Below are positions 1-14,761 of a DNA stretch of 64,000 bases, piece after piece. A model generated the notes under the pieces. It made no database searches, had not been told where the DNA came from, and saw only the letters and a program-made list of their open reading frames with translations. The translations under genes were made by a program, and so were the position numbers. The DNA comes from Botryllus schlosseri (taxonomy: Eukaryota). Position 1 is the stretch's first letter; each line of letters starts with the position of its first letter. The DNA lies in NCBI GenBank assembly GCA_051294905.1, contig CM119372.1, positions 35,714,001-35,778,000 of the forward strand, written 5' to 3'.

Positions 1-1084
1 ATTTAATTGTCGCGGCGTCCGTTCTCGTTTCCTTTATATGTCACTGTTCCTGTTATGTTACATTTCTCGCCAATCGACTTCTATATCGGACGAGCAAGCA
101 ATCTTGCGATCTCGCCATTTATGTATCTTCATATTTGAACAAGCTGCCCCGTATTTTCGTTTGGACTGCTTGTATTTGACTACAGAAGAGAGTTAATACG
201 CAACGGTTCGACTAGTCCGAGTCAGATTTAGTGTGCAGCAGACAGGATCCGACACCTGAAAAACCGCCACTCATTGACTTCAGTGCCGCGTTGGAACAAT
301 GATAATTGGAATTTTCTTTTAGCGGCAATTTCATGACACTGGCTTTCGTGGTCCCGGTTTTATATTTGAGACCAAATCATATTTAGAGCGCGTGACCCCC
401 ATATCTATAAAATGCGCGTGAATAGCTTAGATTCACACTTTCACTGTTGCCTACATCTGTTTAAAATCGAAATGGTAATTGTTTGATGCTTCGTAAAAAT
501 AGCATATCGCTCTCACTGAAATACATTGAAAAAGAAGTAACTTGCAAGAAATCGATATGTAACTCAAGTTTCACATGCTCAAGTAAGCCAACCGGCATGA
601 TTGGTATGAGTTTTCACAGAGAAACTACGGCTCACGTGACGAATCAAATGGTGACTTTGGATTAGTGCTGTGATGACGCCACGACTTTCCAATTGTGACG
701 TACTTGAAGAGTTTCTTGGATGTACAGAATATGAATATATACCATTGAATAGCATATCCATGTTGAAATGAAGCTGAATATTTTCGGCTGACACTTGTCA
801 GGGGGGATCGTTATCAATTAGTAGAGAATTCAAAAGAACATCGTATATCAACAATCGTATCACAAAATATAACGTCACCAGCATGAAATTTCGAATTAGA
901 GAGCATTCAATGTACCATAGTTAGATGGTACACGAACTTCTTTTGTTCGCACAGCCTTAGCTGGCTTTACTAGTTTTTGACGATTACCCCTGACTAGTGA
1001 CAATCGAACGTATTCCGGTTCATTTCAATATTAATATAATGATTTATTGTGACGTACCAGTTGATTGATATTTATGGTTTTTGC

Positions 1085-4000
1085 CAGTGGCGGCTCGTCC
1101 TATAGGGCAACTGGGGCATTGCCCCACCTAAAATTCTGTTCAATACCAGTTCTTTACCGTTTAAAGACGCACAGCAATCTATATATACCGAAATCACAGA
1201 AAAAATCGTATTCTTCTTGTCCTTTCGCTTGTAAATGCCCGTATATAGCGAAGTCTCTGCGAAAATCGAATTCTCTTCCGTGTTTTCGCTTTGCGAATGC
1301 CTAGCTGGGGCATGCCCCGGTAGCGCTCATAACCAGCTTTCACTGTCTATTCTCTCAAAGCCGCGCACAATAAAGAAACAGTGATTTACTCTCTCCTATT
1401 CATAAAATTACCGAGCAGCCGGGGCAACATAGCCTGGTTGCCCTTAAGGTGTGATGTAACAATCGTATCTATATCTGAACTCGGTTACCGTCATATGCGT
1501 TTAGTCGACCTTTGCTGGTATAGGTCGATTTTGATGGTGTTTCACACCATGATAATTCTTGAAACTTGGTATGTCATGTCGTGATGGTGGTATTTAACAC
1601 TGTCCCAAGTTTCAGGGTTTCTACTTAAAGTTTAGGGTAGTAATTCCGTTTCCGAAGTTGAGTGTGTGCTGATCCGTCATGTATCGCAAACAGATTTTAC
1701 TCAAAAGCCGGTATTGGTATCCATTGATTTTGACGATGTTCCATACCGAGATCGGTCATGACATTAGGTACGGTAAGTCTTAATGTTAGTATCGAACGCT
1801 GTACGAAGTTTCAAGTTTGTCACTGTACTGTGTTAGTGGTAATTTCGTTTCCTAAGTCGAGTGAGAGCTGACTCGTCATTTATCGCAAACATATTTTACG
1901 CAAAGCCGGTATTGGTCTCCATTGATTTTACCGATGCTCCTTACCTAGATCCGTCATGAGCTTTTGCATGGTATGTCTTGATTTTAGTATCGAACGCTGT
2001 CCCACGTCTCAAGGTTGGCACTCAATGATTAGGGCAGCAATTTCGTTATTAAGGTCGAGTATGGTAGAGATGTGCGCTGATCTGACACTTAGCCTACCTA
2101 ACGCATTGCGGATTTCACGCAAAAGCCGGTGTATCTGTGTTAACGCTAACTAACTGAGATAGGTGATGAGATGATGATATGGAGAAACAGTTTACTAACA
2201 TCATCGATTTGCATTCAAATATTTACTTTTATTTTATATTCTCCAATGTCAATTTCACCGTGAAATTGTGGCCTTCAGGCCATTTGCTTACAATTACAAC
2301 CCCTGTCAAGCGCGATAGCTGTTTCGTTTTCGATGGCGGCTAACAGCTGATCGTTTGATCAGCCTATTCCTCAGTAAATTTTACGCAAAATTCGGTATTG
2401 GTCTGTTCGTATTAATTTTGACAGTGTACCATACCGAAAACGGTCATGAGGCTACTTCTCGATGATTTCATGTAACAGTGTAACAAGTTTTCGCCTTTCA
2501 TGCACGTATTTATTCGGTAATATATTTTCCAAAGGCGATTTTGCAGCAGACATATACACACTATAGATCAGAGGTCTCAAACACGCGGCCCGCGGGCCGC
2601 ATGCGGCCCTCGAGAGCATTTTGTGCGGCCCGCGAAGGCATTTTTCAATTTCAAGTATTCGACAATATATTCTAGTGTCATATATCTTTTTTTTAGATTT
2701 AGGAACTTAAAGTTCACTTAGAACTACTACAAAAACCTGAAATCTAAACAAACTTCACCATCACATCGCTTCCTAAAATCTACCATGCAATGGAAGATCG
2801 CTATTACGTCACATTTCAAGTTCATGATGACAAAATATGAACCGTTTGATGAATCGCGACTGAAAATTGTGATTTTGTTTGGTGCGACCTTTCGTCAAAT
2901 TACTCGATTTTGGATTGACTGAGTGATAAACTAAAAATGACTCGAGTTGAGTAGGGTAGAACGTTAAAATTAGAGAAGGACTTTCGTCGCGGAATAGTGA
3001 CTTGGCAATCCTACGGACGCAAAATCTAGGAAGTTGTCGTGGGGAATAGTAATATACGAAAAGGCCGTAGCTTGCGTTGCGTAGGGTATATAGAATAAAG
3101 AAATCTAATCAGGTCTGTATGGAAACCATTGACATTCTGTGGCCCCGTGACGTATATTGGGTTACATCCTGGATGTTGTTTGTACTCTCTGTCCATGTTA
3201 TTATCGGCGGCGAGTAAGGTAGTGGTACGCTCCACAGCTGTAACACCAATGGATTCTTGCGCGATTAGTCATTTCTATACCAGGGGTTCTTAACCAGGGG
3301 TCCGTATCCCCTTCGGGGTACAAAGCACCATAGGGGGTACCAGATGCATTGTGGAAATTGGCCCATATGCTGTGGAATATTTTCTGGGCTAATTTATTCA
3401 ACTGGAAAATAATCTTCGCGCTACGCGCGGTTTTGTGTGAATGGGCTTTTGATTTTTATATAGGTCCCATCAAAAATTGTGTTGAAAATCGACACGGGTC
3501 ACTGGAAATCTAATTGAAAGTACAAGGGGTACGATCGCTAAAACGGTTAAGAAACAATGCTATTACAATGGAACAATAATGATTATATTTAAGTTGTTAT
3601 TGATCTGTTTCAATATTAATCGAAGAAAACCTAACGCTGGTTTAATTTGACTTTGGCAATGACAGTAACAATAGCCTATACTTATCACGAGTATATCAGA
3701 AACCCCGATTAGGCTACACCGCTCACATGCTCTGATACCAGATCAATCTTTAGTGAATTCTAAAATATTCTACATAAAATTGTGGCATTTCAAAGGTCCA
3801 ATAGCGGCAATATTACAACCCGGCAGCTTTTACGATATCATCATGCGTCCTCACGCATGATGTCTTAACTCATTATTTCTAACAAATTATGCCCGGCACA
3901 AAAACTATTTTTTCAAATATTTGAAAATGCGATTTGTTCGTGCCAAGCGTGAATAGTATTTTCTAGATGGTTGTGGAATGCCTGTCTGCAAGGTGCCGTT

Positions 4001-4628
4001 AAATAAGGCCTATACTTGGATATTATAGATTGAATACCCATATTTATTGATGCTGCGGCCCGCGGATCATCACATATTAGGAAATTGGCCCGCGAGCACA
4101 TTTGAGTTTGAGACCTCTGCTATAGATAGACCGTAAGCCGTATGTGTCGTGTGACAGTCTCCAGCCTCAATGCCAAAATCTCCTATGCTGTACCGGGACC
4201 AAATTTCCGAGGCTGCTATCCGTCGTAGTTCTTCAGAATTATGTTTTGGATTCAATGTTCAATCTATGAGATAACAATTGCGTATGTGTCCGAACTCGTT
4301 GACCTTTCCAGTTAGGCTTACGCAATCTCTCGAGTTATAGTCATTTCCATTTCTGCAGATAATTAGTCAGGTATAGTGCGAACATGAACCGTGTCGAATC
4401 TTTGTTCCGTACGCCGTTTACGCAGTTACCACACTTCAAGTCACAGCTCACCGGCAGACCTCTCGCGGCACATACGTTAAAATCACTGTTGTCGGGAAGT
4501 TCGTGTTACCGTAGTCCGTACCACCAAGTTACTTGTTTACGTTGGAAAACGCCATTGTGACGTCGTATTGGTGAAAAGTCGCTTGCAGCCCTTGCCCCAC
4601 CACCCGATATTGTCACGAGCCGCCACTG
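1085..4628. mobile_element. Non-autonomous hAT element, family B copy 1 (lacks the 23 kb insert)
   Basis: TIRs CAGTGGCGGCTCGT/ACGAGCCGCCACTG; perfect 8-bp TSD GTTTTTGC (1077-1084, 4629-4636); degenerate internal ~190-bp tandem repeats; colinear with 12693-14501 plus 37852-38048. Confidence 0.93.
2569..4119. mobile_element. hAT MITE nested in family B copy 1; contains a further MITE at about 3281-3559
   Basis: TIRs CAGAGGTCTCAAAC/GTTTGAGACCTCTG; TSD CTATAGAT (2561-2568, 4120-4127); GCGGCCC subterminal motifs; absent from the second family B copy. Confidence 0.9.
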
Positions 4629-4816
4629 GTTTTTGCAATTGAAAAAATAGGGCAAATGTCGCTCATTGGTTGAAAAAGGTTCCCGATCCCTGGTTTAAAT
4701 ATATGCAAGTAATCTATACCGATGTAGGAGAGAGAATTCGCTCGAAACAAAATGAAATACTATTGCCATAATATCAAAGCTCGACATCGCCCCAGACACC
4801 GTGATATATAACCGTA

Positions 4817-5229
4817 GGCTTACGATACGTCCTCTCTTAAGAGGATTTGACCTCTTTTTTAACTTTTCTGAAAGTCTCCTCGGAGGACGCCTAAATCTCT
4901 TCTTTCTTGAGAATATGTCCTCTTTTTCAGAATTTTGGTTAAATGTACGTGGAAATTGGACTGATATAAAGGAAATCAGCGGCCAAGTAACGGTCGAACG
5001 GGCGTCTCGGGACTTGAGAGCCAGAAAACTGACCATTTCTTAGTCAGCCAGCGAAAACCTCATGGGAAGCCGGTAATACAGGACTTGAGTCGGAACGTTG
5101 ACCGTTTTTAGTCAACCGATCACACAGTCGAAAAATATTCACCGTTCTTCCAGGAGTTTATTCCGGTATTGTAAGTCTGGAAATTTTGAAAAAGTGTCCT
5201 CTTTTCAGATTTCCAAAATAAGGTGAGCC
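4817..5229. mobile_element. MITE with GGC...GCC termini flanked by TA
   Basis: TA|GGCTTAC ... GTGAGCC|TA short imperfect TIR; repeated internal GTCCTCT motifs. Confidence 0.5.
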
Positions 5230-5509
5230 TAAGTATCGGTGAACAACATACTTTTATTTCCTTATTCGGATATCACGTATTCGTGAATTAATGAATTTTG
5301 GAGACGATGTTGGTCATTGCATAGTATCTATTTCGACGGGTACGCAGTTTGAAAGTGTATGATAATTCTCGCCTACACTATCTTACAAACCACGCCTCTC
5401 TACACCTCGAAGATGATTCGAAGATGACATCAAATTTTAACGTTAGGGACTCGTACAAGGAGTTACCCTATAACTCCATCGACGTGTCGATGTGCCAGAT
5501 GGATTAGAT

Positions 5510-6649
5510 CAGGGGAGAGCAAACTACGGCCCGCGGGTCGCATGCGGCCCGCAACACCGTTCTGTGCGGCCGGCGAGAATCTGAAGAAACTTATCAAAAA
5601 TATTGATAAAATGCGCACTAAAAATCGAAATAATGCAGGGACTTGAGTAAACGTTTTCTTAGTATATTTCATCATGATAATTATATGGCAGTGGTTCTCA
5701 AACTGGGTGCGTGAAAGCTTCTGAACGCGAATTACATCCAATTCCTAGTTCTTGATCTCTATTTAGCCTGAATTACATGTTTAGAAATCTGTCATCCACA
5801 GTCATAACCTTCCCACGCCATCAAACCATTCATTAGGTTTGCTAGCGTCCTAGTTGCGTTTTGTGATATTGTGATATTGTAAGGGGGGGCGCGATATCTT
5901 TCACCGTCATAAGGGGGTGGCGTGTCTTACAAAAAGTTTCAGAACCGCCGTTCTAAGGTAAGTACTTTCTATAATAATTTTTATGTCTAATTTCTGGCGC
6001 GACAGCCCGATTTCAAGACCCACCCTGTTTAAAATGTTTCCACTGCTAAACATCACATAAATCCTAAACGCGATTGACATAGTTCGGATCGCGAGTGTGA
6101 TTTTAAATTGGCCACTCCAGTTTTAATTATTTCAGTGATGTGCTTATGTGCTTATAAAAAACGATTCTCGCGTAGGTAGTTTCGTTCTCTGTATGCGTAG
6201 AATTAGGGTATTTATATTTTATCTACACACTGTATAGAAGCGTATTTGAAGCTAACATGGTTATGATGCTGTCAGCATTGTGTGTCCTGGAACTGAACCA
6301 AATCTGGAATTAGTAAATCTATGAACAGATCGCTGCTTCCAGATTCAAATTTCAATCCTGTCCTAAGAATCGGCACAACCGACTTTCATCGCATTAGTTT
6401 TGACAAATTGGTTATTGAGGTCAACCACCCTATGAAATCTCGCCACTGTTTCTGACGCGTGTATACGATGTCATCAGAACATTGTTTGGTTTGTTTTAAA
6501 TAAGCATATGTATTATCTCCATGTCCTCACTATATAATCAAATACCAATAATGCGTTTTGGTTTATGATCCCTATTTTATATAGAGCAGTCCGCGAATAG
6601 ATTCAGATGTTGAATGCGGCCCTCGAGCTCAAAAGTTTGCCCACCCCTG
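5510..6649. mobile_element. Composite hAT MITE (inner element about 5689-5950)
   Basis: TIRs CAGGGGAGAGCAAAC/GTTTGCCCACCCCTG; TSD GATTAGAT (5502-5509, 6650-6657); empty site at about 42339 in the paralogous segment; inverted copy at 55123-56127. Confidence 0.9.
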
Positions 6650-7719
6650 GATTAGATCAATACCGAACTGAGGAAACTGGTGCACCATTATAGAAGGTTG
6701 ACGCTGGTGTTAATCGGGTAAATCAAAACACACAATAACTGGACACATGTTTAATAGTGCAGTTCATCGAGTAGAGACTAAGTTCGCGTTATAAATGAAA
6801 AGCGTCATCATCATATATGTAATTCCGATTTATTGTAGCCGCGTCAATAAGCTGCAACGAATAAATATCCCCAAAAGCTATAAATCATATAAACCAGGGC
6901 TGACAAACATACGGCTAGTGCACCGCATCCGACCCGCCATATACTATTTCATCAGGCCCGCGAAACAATTCTGAATAGATTGTGAAAGGCTAGTATTATC
7001 CAGCACATTTCTAACGAAAGTTAAGAGTTTTAGTGAGGAATACTTCCATTATAGAATAGGCCTACCCATGACGACAAATGTAACATAAGTATGCACATAA
7101 ACCACAATATAATCATTTGCTAGCGAGATGTTGGTGCCATTCTAGTCATCATTTGGAACTAGTCGAGTTGCCAAAAACGTGCATACTGGGTTCACAGTTA
7201 TATAGGGAAATTAACCAAAAAATAGTTATTCAGAGAATCGAATGCGTCAATACCAAACGTAGTGTGCAAGTGTATAATGTTGCCTACATGGATAATTTAT
7301 TACAGGATTTATAAAAGTATGGGTGTCGTATACGGTATTAATTTGGGTCGTTATCGGCCCAGAGTCATTGCTAAATTTCTTACCATACAGTAAAAAAACT
7401 CGCCCTTCACACGATGTTCTGCGCATAGTTTGTTTATGTACAAGAGTGTTTCTCAAACTTTTTACATCGCAGCCCAATTATGAACTTTATTGAGATCTTG
7501 TCATCTAAGCCATAAATATCTAAATAATACATTTTAGTGTTAGTATGGTGCGTTATTACAGGTATGTATGAAATAGAGGAGATGTTAATCACCGGTATGG
7601 AACGCAGTTCTATGAAACATGTGTGCTGTATGCGATTTAAAATAGGGGTGTATTATTTTCCTTGCGTGCCGCATTTGTACTGATGGCGCAGATTACAAGG
7701 ACGGCACTATTTGCTATAT

Positions 7720-8616
7720 TGGGTAAATGTGGTACCGATGGATCGAAAATTGGAAAATTATCCCTGCATGGACCCAAAATTATCACCCGATAACAGCAGG
7801 TCGTTTTTGCTCAACACCTTCATACAAGCTCTACCTATCGGTATATATACATGAATATCCATCTTTTCAAGAAATATTTATGAACGTTCAAAATTTGTTG
7901 ATCAAACGTATCATTGGTCCCCACGCGGTTTGTCCGAAGGCACACGACCAGGGGAACTATGAGACATACTCTCAAAAACTCAGATGTTACCACTTTTCTT
8001 GCCGTGTAATATATTCTAAGCTACTGCAAGCCAAAGAAGAAAGTTTGGTCGCAACCGTCAAAGATAGAATTAATAAAAATTCAAATGTTGCCACGTTTCG
8101 ATTTAGGCTCGAGCTTATAAATTTGAGGGTACATACATATTACCCTTGAAACGACATTGTGACTTCCAAATACCTAGATACAGCGGTAAAACATCACAGA
8201 CAATTATTTCTGTATGTAGGCATGTTTTAGTTGATACATGATTAGTTAGTGCAACTATTTTGCTATTGTATCAGCGGGCCCCACCCTATGAATTTTACAT
8301 ATGAATTGCATAAAAATCCAACTAAACGAAGGTATTGAATAAAAGAGTATGTGCTATTAGATAGCCTGATACAAGCCCTACACTTCACATTAAAAAGGAT
8401 TGCTGGTTTTTTCGTGTTAAATGTTACAAACAAAAATGTACAATTTATTTTACACCCCCCAGAACAGAAAACATCTATCTGATACCCCATAACTCGGGTA
8501 CGTCGAAATTTTTTGTATGTGATTGTGGAAAATTCACGGAGTGTACTGATGGAATTATCAGGGAGAATTTTTCAACTGTTTCTGGTCCCAGTGATCTATC
8601 GGTACCACATCTCCCC
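7720..8616. mobile_element. TIR-bounded non-autonomous DNA element
   Basis: GGGTAAATGTGGTACCGAT at the left end and ATCGGTACCACATCTCCCC at the right end; begins where similarity to the paralogous 43.3 kb segment breaks. Confidence 0.6.
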
Positions 8617-9360
8617 TATGAAGGGTGCGAAACTCGATTGGATCTAATGTCGATGTTTGACGCTTGGGCCGCGAGATGAAATAAAGCTCAAATTTGGGTC
8701 ACGGTTCTAAAAGTGTAAGAATGCTGATATATTAGATACACAAAAATAAATTAAAATACAGTCGGTTCGACTTCATTTCCTTTCACATTTGACAGAATTC
8801 AGCGGAGCAACGTTGATCGAAATAAGGGTAAAGAAATCAATTTTTCGTTACATATGGTCATGCGTAAATTCAGACAAGATGATTGAAAACAATTTTATAT
8901 TGCTTATTTAATGAATTTCAGATGCGCTAACCTGCAATAATTGGCACTAACTGCATAAATCGCTCAAGGAGACAATTAAGCGGACAATCATCCGACTTAA
9001 CCGGAGGTGATTGATCTGTAGTCGCACTATAGCAGTGGTCGGGAACCTATGGCTCGCGAGCCATATATGGCTCTTTTGGGTATAAGATATGGCTCTTTGC
9101 CAAATATTTATTTTTGCACTGAATTGATCAATATTGCAGCGATTTGTTGGTTATATTTTCATCACGACCAAAATAATTATTCTCGTGGCAGTATAAACGT
9201 GTCTGTGAGAAGTAAAGACAATGCCGTCTTCAGGTTTAGGGGCCCGGACCCCCTCTCTTCAAAATCATCAAATTTAAGTGACTGTCACGCCGGCGGCCAA
9301 TATCACCCGCGAATTCTATGCACAGGAATCGAAATCTTGAATGGTGCGATACGTTGATTA

Positions 9361-10925
9361 ATCATCATCATCATCATCATCATTGGTTTATTAGCAATTT
9401 TATCAGTTCAATACACCACAAAAAATGCGATACAATGAAAAGACAGCTATTTGGCATTATCTGTGTTGGAAACGGGCTGACCAGCGATATTAACGGTTAG
9501 GTTATTTTTTGAATTTACTGTCAGCAATTGCGATTTCGAGGCGTTTATGCAAAGGTTGTTCTGGGCCGTCCACTCATGGACTTTGGGCATTTGGTCACCA
9601 GTCAGGGCATCCACCTCTGTCGTCGAAGATGCGGAAGAGAGGAGGTGAGTATCATCAGCGAACAGTGTGGTGTTCAATGAGGAGGTTTCAAAAATGTCGT
9701 TGACATATAAGGTGAAAAGGACCGGTCCAAGTACTGAGCCCTGGGGCACACCACAGGTCACCGGGTGAGGAGAGGACAAGGTGTCTGAGATCGCAACCAT
9801 TTGTTGGCGTCCAGTGAGGTAACTTTTCATGAGCTCAAGTTGTGGGCCCCGAAGTCCGTAACGCGCCAATTTCGAGATGAGAATTTTATGATCTACGCAG
9901 TCAAACGCTTTTTTTAGGTCGAGAAAAATGCTACATCCCACATTTCGCTTTTCTGAGATATCATAGTACTGTTCGGCCACTGTTAGGAGGGCATGAGCGG
10001 TTTGGTGTTTGTTTCGGAAGCCAAATTGTTGAGGGTAAATGACAGACATTTTGGCGAGGAATGAGGACAGGCGGGAGAGGAGCAACTTTTCGAATACAAT
10101 CCCGATGCATGGGAGAACGGATATCGGACGGTAGTTGGTGACATTAGTTCTATCCCCAGCTTTGTGTACAGGGACTACTCTGGCTTTTTTTAGATAGCTT
10201 GGGTAGACTCCATTTTCTATCATGAAGTTGAAAAAATGGGCCATATATTGACCGATATGCAGGCTTATCATTTTTAAAAACCATGATGGGATTTGGTCAT
10301 AGCCGTCGGCCTTGTGCGATTTCAGTTTGTGGATGGCTACTTCTACTTCGTATTTGGTCGTAGGTTTCAGCTCAATTGACTGGGATATCGATCTCACCTC
10401 TGACCTGGCCGACACAGGTTTTGTAATAGAAGAAGCAATATTTGGGCCTACGTTACAAAAATATTCATTGAAGTGATTCGCGATGGCCGCCGGGTCTGAA
10501 AGTTTGTTTCCGGTATCCGAATTCACAATTTCCGAAACAGACTTATGGACTTGTTTTCGATGTAGGAGAGAGTTAAGTCCTGACCATGTTTTTCGAGTGT
10601 CCTTTATGTGTCTGTTGAAAAATCTCTCATTGTACTTTGCTTTTGCCTTGGAAATGAGATGCACGGTGCGATTCCTGAAACGTCGAAATCTTTCTCGTTC
10701 ATGTTCTGGGCAGTTCTTGGTGTCTATTCGGTTATGCCACCGGTTACGTTTACGGATAAGTTGAATCAGCTTTGTGGTCATTCACGGATTTCGCTTAAAT
10801 TTTCTTTGACTTCTCGAAAGGCGCTGTAGAGGTGCAAATTGTTCCAGCAGTGATTTGATAGCAGACATAAACTCTACAAATTTTTCGTCAAAGTTGTTTA
10901 CGGAGCATAGAGATATCGCGACGAC
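9361..10925 (-). mobile_element. 5'-truncated CR1/L2-group LINE fragment (boundaries approximate)
   Basis: RT-coding ORF; minus-strand AATAAA followed by a (GAT)n tail at 9362-9383. Confidence 0.85.
9447..10781 (-). pseudogene. Non-LTR reverse transcriptase (ORF2 fragment; no endonuclease, C-terminus lost)
   Basis: Motifs NYRPISVLP, QFGFR, FLDLKKAFD, GVPQGSVLGP, LFADDT; the ORF stops in the thumb region. Confidence 0.92.
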
Positions 10926-13900
10926 CATTTAAAAACGCAGTTTTCAAATACTCATTGTCTTCCTGATCTCCGGCGCGAAATGAACTGTTGTGGATGTAAC
11001 ATTCACAATTACAAACTCGAATTACAAACAATGCCATAGCTATCCACGTTCTTGATTGGTAAGTATATGTGAGTAGTGCCGACGATAAAATGTATGCGTG
11101 TAGCGCAACGTTATAGTTACCGCCGAATACTTTGAGAATTGAGAAGTCGATAATATTTAGATTTTCTGAGTCAGTGTGACAGTCACATTCGAATAATATC
11201 AGTTAAAATTAAATTCTAAGCAACTTACGACGACTTGCGTTATCAATGGTGAGGCTTGGCCCGTCTGTGCCTTACCTCTCGTTTTGAGCTTTATTTTCGA
11301 ATAATAAATACCAGTTTTTACAGAGAAAATATGGCCCGCACGAGGAATCCCATGTAGTGAGTTCGAATTAGTGCTACCTAGACGTCGCGAATTTTCAATT
11401 GTGACGTAACAGTTTATTGGCATGTATGGCTCTTTGAGAGTTGAGATGGAAAAAATAGGGCCAATATGAGTCTTCAGACGAAAAAGGTTCCCGACCACTG
11501 CACTATAGTGTATCACAGTGCTTTTCAACCTTGTTGAGCTCCGTTTGCACTTTTTTTGTAAAATAAATTTCATACGCACCTACTAATCGAAAATTGTTAT
11601 ACAAAAGGAAGATGAAGATAGGCCTACTTAATAATAGTTTTTTAGGATATGCAACAAATTGGCTACTATGTAGCTTAAGCTATCAGGTGTCTCATTAAAA
11701 AGGCAACTTTTTTCGCTCGTCTTGCTTTCAATTATTTCACTAAAACCCTTCTCGGCCAAACAATTTTGGTGGGAATTTGTACAAGAACATGTACTAGTGC
11801 TTGGATGGCCAGGTCTTAAAATCTGTTCTGCACTCCTATCCAAAATACAGCGTATATTTCGCGAGTGAAAAATAGTTGTTGGCAGAAATCATTTTGAGAG
11901 CTGACACAAAGGTCCCGCGAGGCTCTAGTTTGTCGAAAGGATGAAAAACCCACATGTTTGTGTTGAGGCTTTTGCCTTTTACATTTGGAATATAAGGTGC
12001 AAAACGATCAAGAAGAGTAGGCACATTAGAGCTCGCTACCTGATGATACGTTGCTCCAACTTCTGTATTTATGAGAAGAGCAAAAAAGCTCACGATACTG
12101 TGTGTTTTACTCTTTAGCTGAATCTAACTTGAGAATTACAGAGCTAAAGAATGACCGTTTAATAATGGTAAAGCAGCGTTTACACTACCACAAAAATCCG
12201 AGCTTTTGTGGCATCTCGCGACCCGAGCCTCACCAATGAAAAGGAATTTATTTTTAATATTACAGTTGTATGCTACGATTTTACGGGCATGTATGACATA
12301 CATAACCCGCACAGCACAATTCTACCCAACACAGCTTCACAAACACGATTTCACGCGATTTCAAATTAGGGCGAATCAAATTCCTCTGCGTATTGCAGTT
12401 GTACTCCTGTCTACTCAGATTGCAAGAACTGGACTATTTATTCCGTGCCGACGACGGAGCATATCCAATCCATATCGAAAGGCTTGGCCATCCAGCATCG
12501 GTTATTTTTAGACCAAAGTTTTTTCGCCGCTTATGTTTTTGGCACCGCATTTTATCAGCAGTTTGTTCGCCAAAACATTACGTCTTCATGTGCCCCGACG
12601 CAGAAGGGGTTGGCCTCGAAATGAATGAGTCTCATAGACCTGAACTCGCTCATTACACACCCCTACACTAGTTCATCCCAACGGTATTCGACCAGTGGCG
12701 GCTCGTCCTATAGGGCAACTGGGGCATTGCCCCACCTAAAATTCTGTTCAATAACAATTTAACCATTTATAGACGCACAGCAATCAGTATATACCGAGAT
12801 CACGGCGAAACCCGCATTATTCTTGTGCTTTCGCTAACAAATGCCCATACATAGCGAAGTCTCTGCGAAAATCGAATTCTCTTCTGTGTTTTCGCTTTGT
12901 GAATGCCTAGCCGGGGCTTGCCCCGGTAGCGCTCATAACAAGCTTTCACTATCTATTCTCTCAAAGCCGCGCACAATAAAGAAACGGTGATTTACTCTCT
13001 CCTATTCGTAAAATGGCCGAGCAAGTGGGGCAACTATGCCTGTCGCCCTTAAGGTGTGATGTAACAATCGTATCTATATCTGAACTCGGTTACCGTGATA
13101 TGCGTTGACTCGACCTTTGCTGGTATATGTCGATTTTGACGGTGTTTCGCACCATGATAATTCTTGAAACTTGGTACGATATGTCGTGAAGGTAGTATTT
13201 AGCACTGCTCCAAGTTTCAGGCTCGCTACTCAAAGATAAGGGTGGTAATTTCGTTTCCGAAGTTCAGTGTGTGCTGATCTATCATGTACATTGTACAGCA
13301 AACAGATTTTACTCAAAAGCCGGTATTGGTCTCCATTGATTTTGACGATGTTCCATACCGAGATCGGTCATGATATTTGGCACAGTAAGTCTTAATGTTA
13401 GTATCGACCGCTGTAATAAGTTTTAAGTTTGTCAATGAACTATGTGGGTGGTAATTTCGTTTCCAAAGTCGAGTGAGAGCTGACTCTTCATTTATCGCTA
13501 TCAGATTTACGCAAAAGCCGTTATTGGTCTCTATTGATTTTAACGATGTTCCATACCTAGATCTGTCATGAGCTTTTGCACGGTATGTCTTGATTTTAGT
13601 ATCGAACGCGGTGCCAAGTCTTAAAGTTGACGCTCAATGATTGAGGCAGTTATTTCGTTTTCGAGGTCGAGTATGGTAGAGATGCGCGCTGATCTGATAC
13701 TTAGCCTACCTACATCATTGCGGATCTCACGGAAAAGCCGGTGTCTGTCTGTGCTAATCTAGTCTGCGTTCCATAACGAGATCGGTGATGATATTTCCAA
13801 TGGTATATCTCGATGATCGCATGAAACAGCTAACTAAGATTCTCGGTTTGCATTCAAATAGTCACATAATTTTGTGTTCGCCAATGTGCATTTCACTGTG

Positions 13901-14533
13901 AAATTGTGGCCTTCAAACCATTTGCTTACAATCCCCTGTCAAATGCGATAGCTATTTCATTTTCGATGTCGGCTAACAGCTGATCATTCGATCAGCCTAT
14001 TCCTCGATCTATTTTACTCAAAGTTCGGTGTTCGTCTGTTTGTATTGATTTTGACAGTGTACCATGCCGGAATGGGTTATGAGATTGCGAATGCTACTTC
14101 TCGATGATTTCATGTAACAGTATGCTAAGTTTACGGCTTTCATTCATGTATTTATTGATTAATATATTTTCCAACGGCGATTTGGCAGCAGACAGTAAGC
14201 CGTATGTGTTGCGTCACAATCTCCAGTTTCAAGGCCAAAATGTACTATGTTGTTCCGAGACCGAAGTTCCGAGGCTGCTGTCCTTAGTTCTTCAAAGACC
14301 ATTCAAATTGATGTTCTGGATTCAATATGACAGGCCCAATCTATGAGATAACAATTGCGTATGTGTCCGAAGTCGTTGACCTTTGCAGTTAGGCTTACGC
14401 AATCTCTCGAGTTCTAGTCATTGGAATTAGTCTGGTCAAGTCAAGTGCGAACATGAATCGTATTGAATCTTTGCTCCGTACGTAGGCTAGTTTACGCAGT
14501 TGCCTTTAGAGCGAAAATTAAAGGTCTAGAAGA

Positions 14534-14761
14534 CTACTCCTTGTCGCTTCGACATATTCCTGTCTTTTCATTGTATCGCATTTTTGTGGTGTATTGAACT
14601 GATAAAATTGCTAATAAACCAATGATGATGATGACAGAAATTGTCCAGTCCATTGATCCAATCGTACGCCGGGTACCTCCGCTTTGGTTGCCTATCACCT
14701 GGTCGTAACTCGTAACCACCAGCTCAGTGGTCGTAACACACCAGGATCGTGTACGAAACAC
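14534..14761 (-). CDS. Small putative single-pass membrane protein or env-like remnant
   Basis: Hydrophobic WTISVIIIIGLLAILSV followed by a charged tail; stop lies about 30 bp from the insert edge. Confidence 0.3.
   Translation of the reverse strand: MFRTRSWCVTTTELVVTSYDQVIGNQSGGTRRTIGSMDWTISVIIIIGLLAILSVQYTTKMRYNEKTGICRSDKE

Larger units (their letters stand above)
9033..11500. mobile_element. hAT MITE interrupted by a LINE
   Basis: TIRs CAGTGGTCGGGAACC/GGTTCCCGACCACTG; perfect TSD CACTATAG (9025-9032, 11501-11508). Confidence 0.92.

Noticed and set aside
9362..9383. Poly-His peptide in ORF 9318-9500
   Set aside because: It is the (GAT)n tail of the LINE
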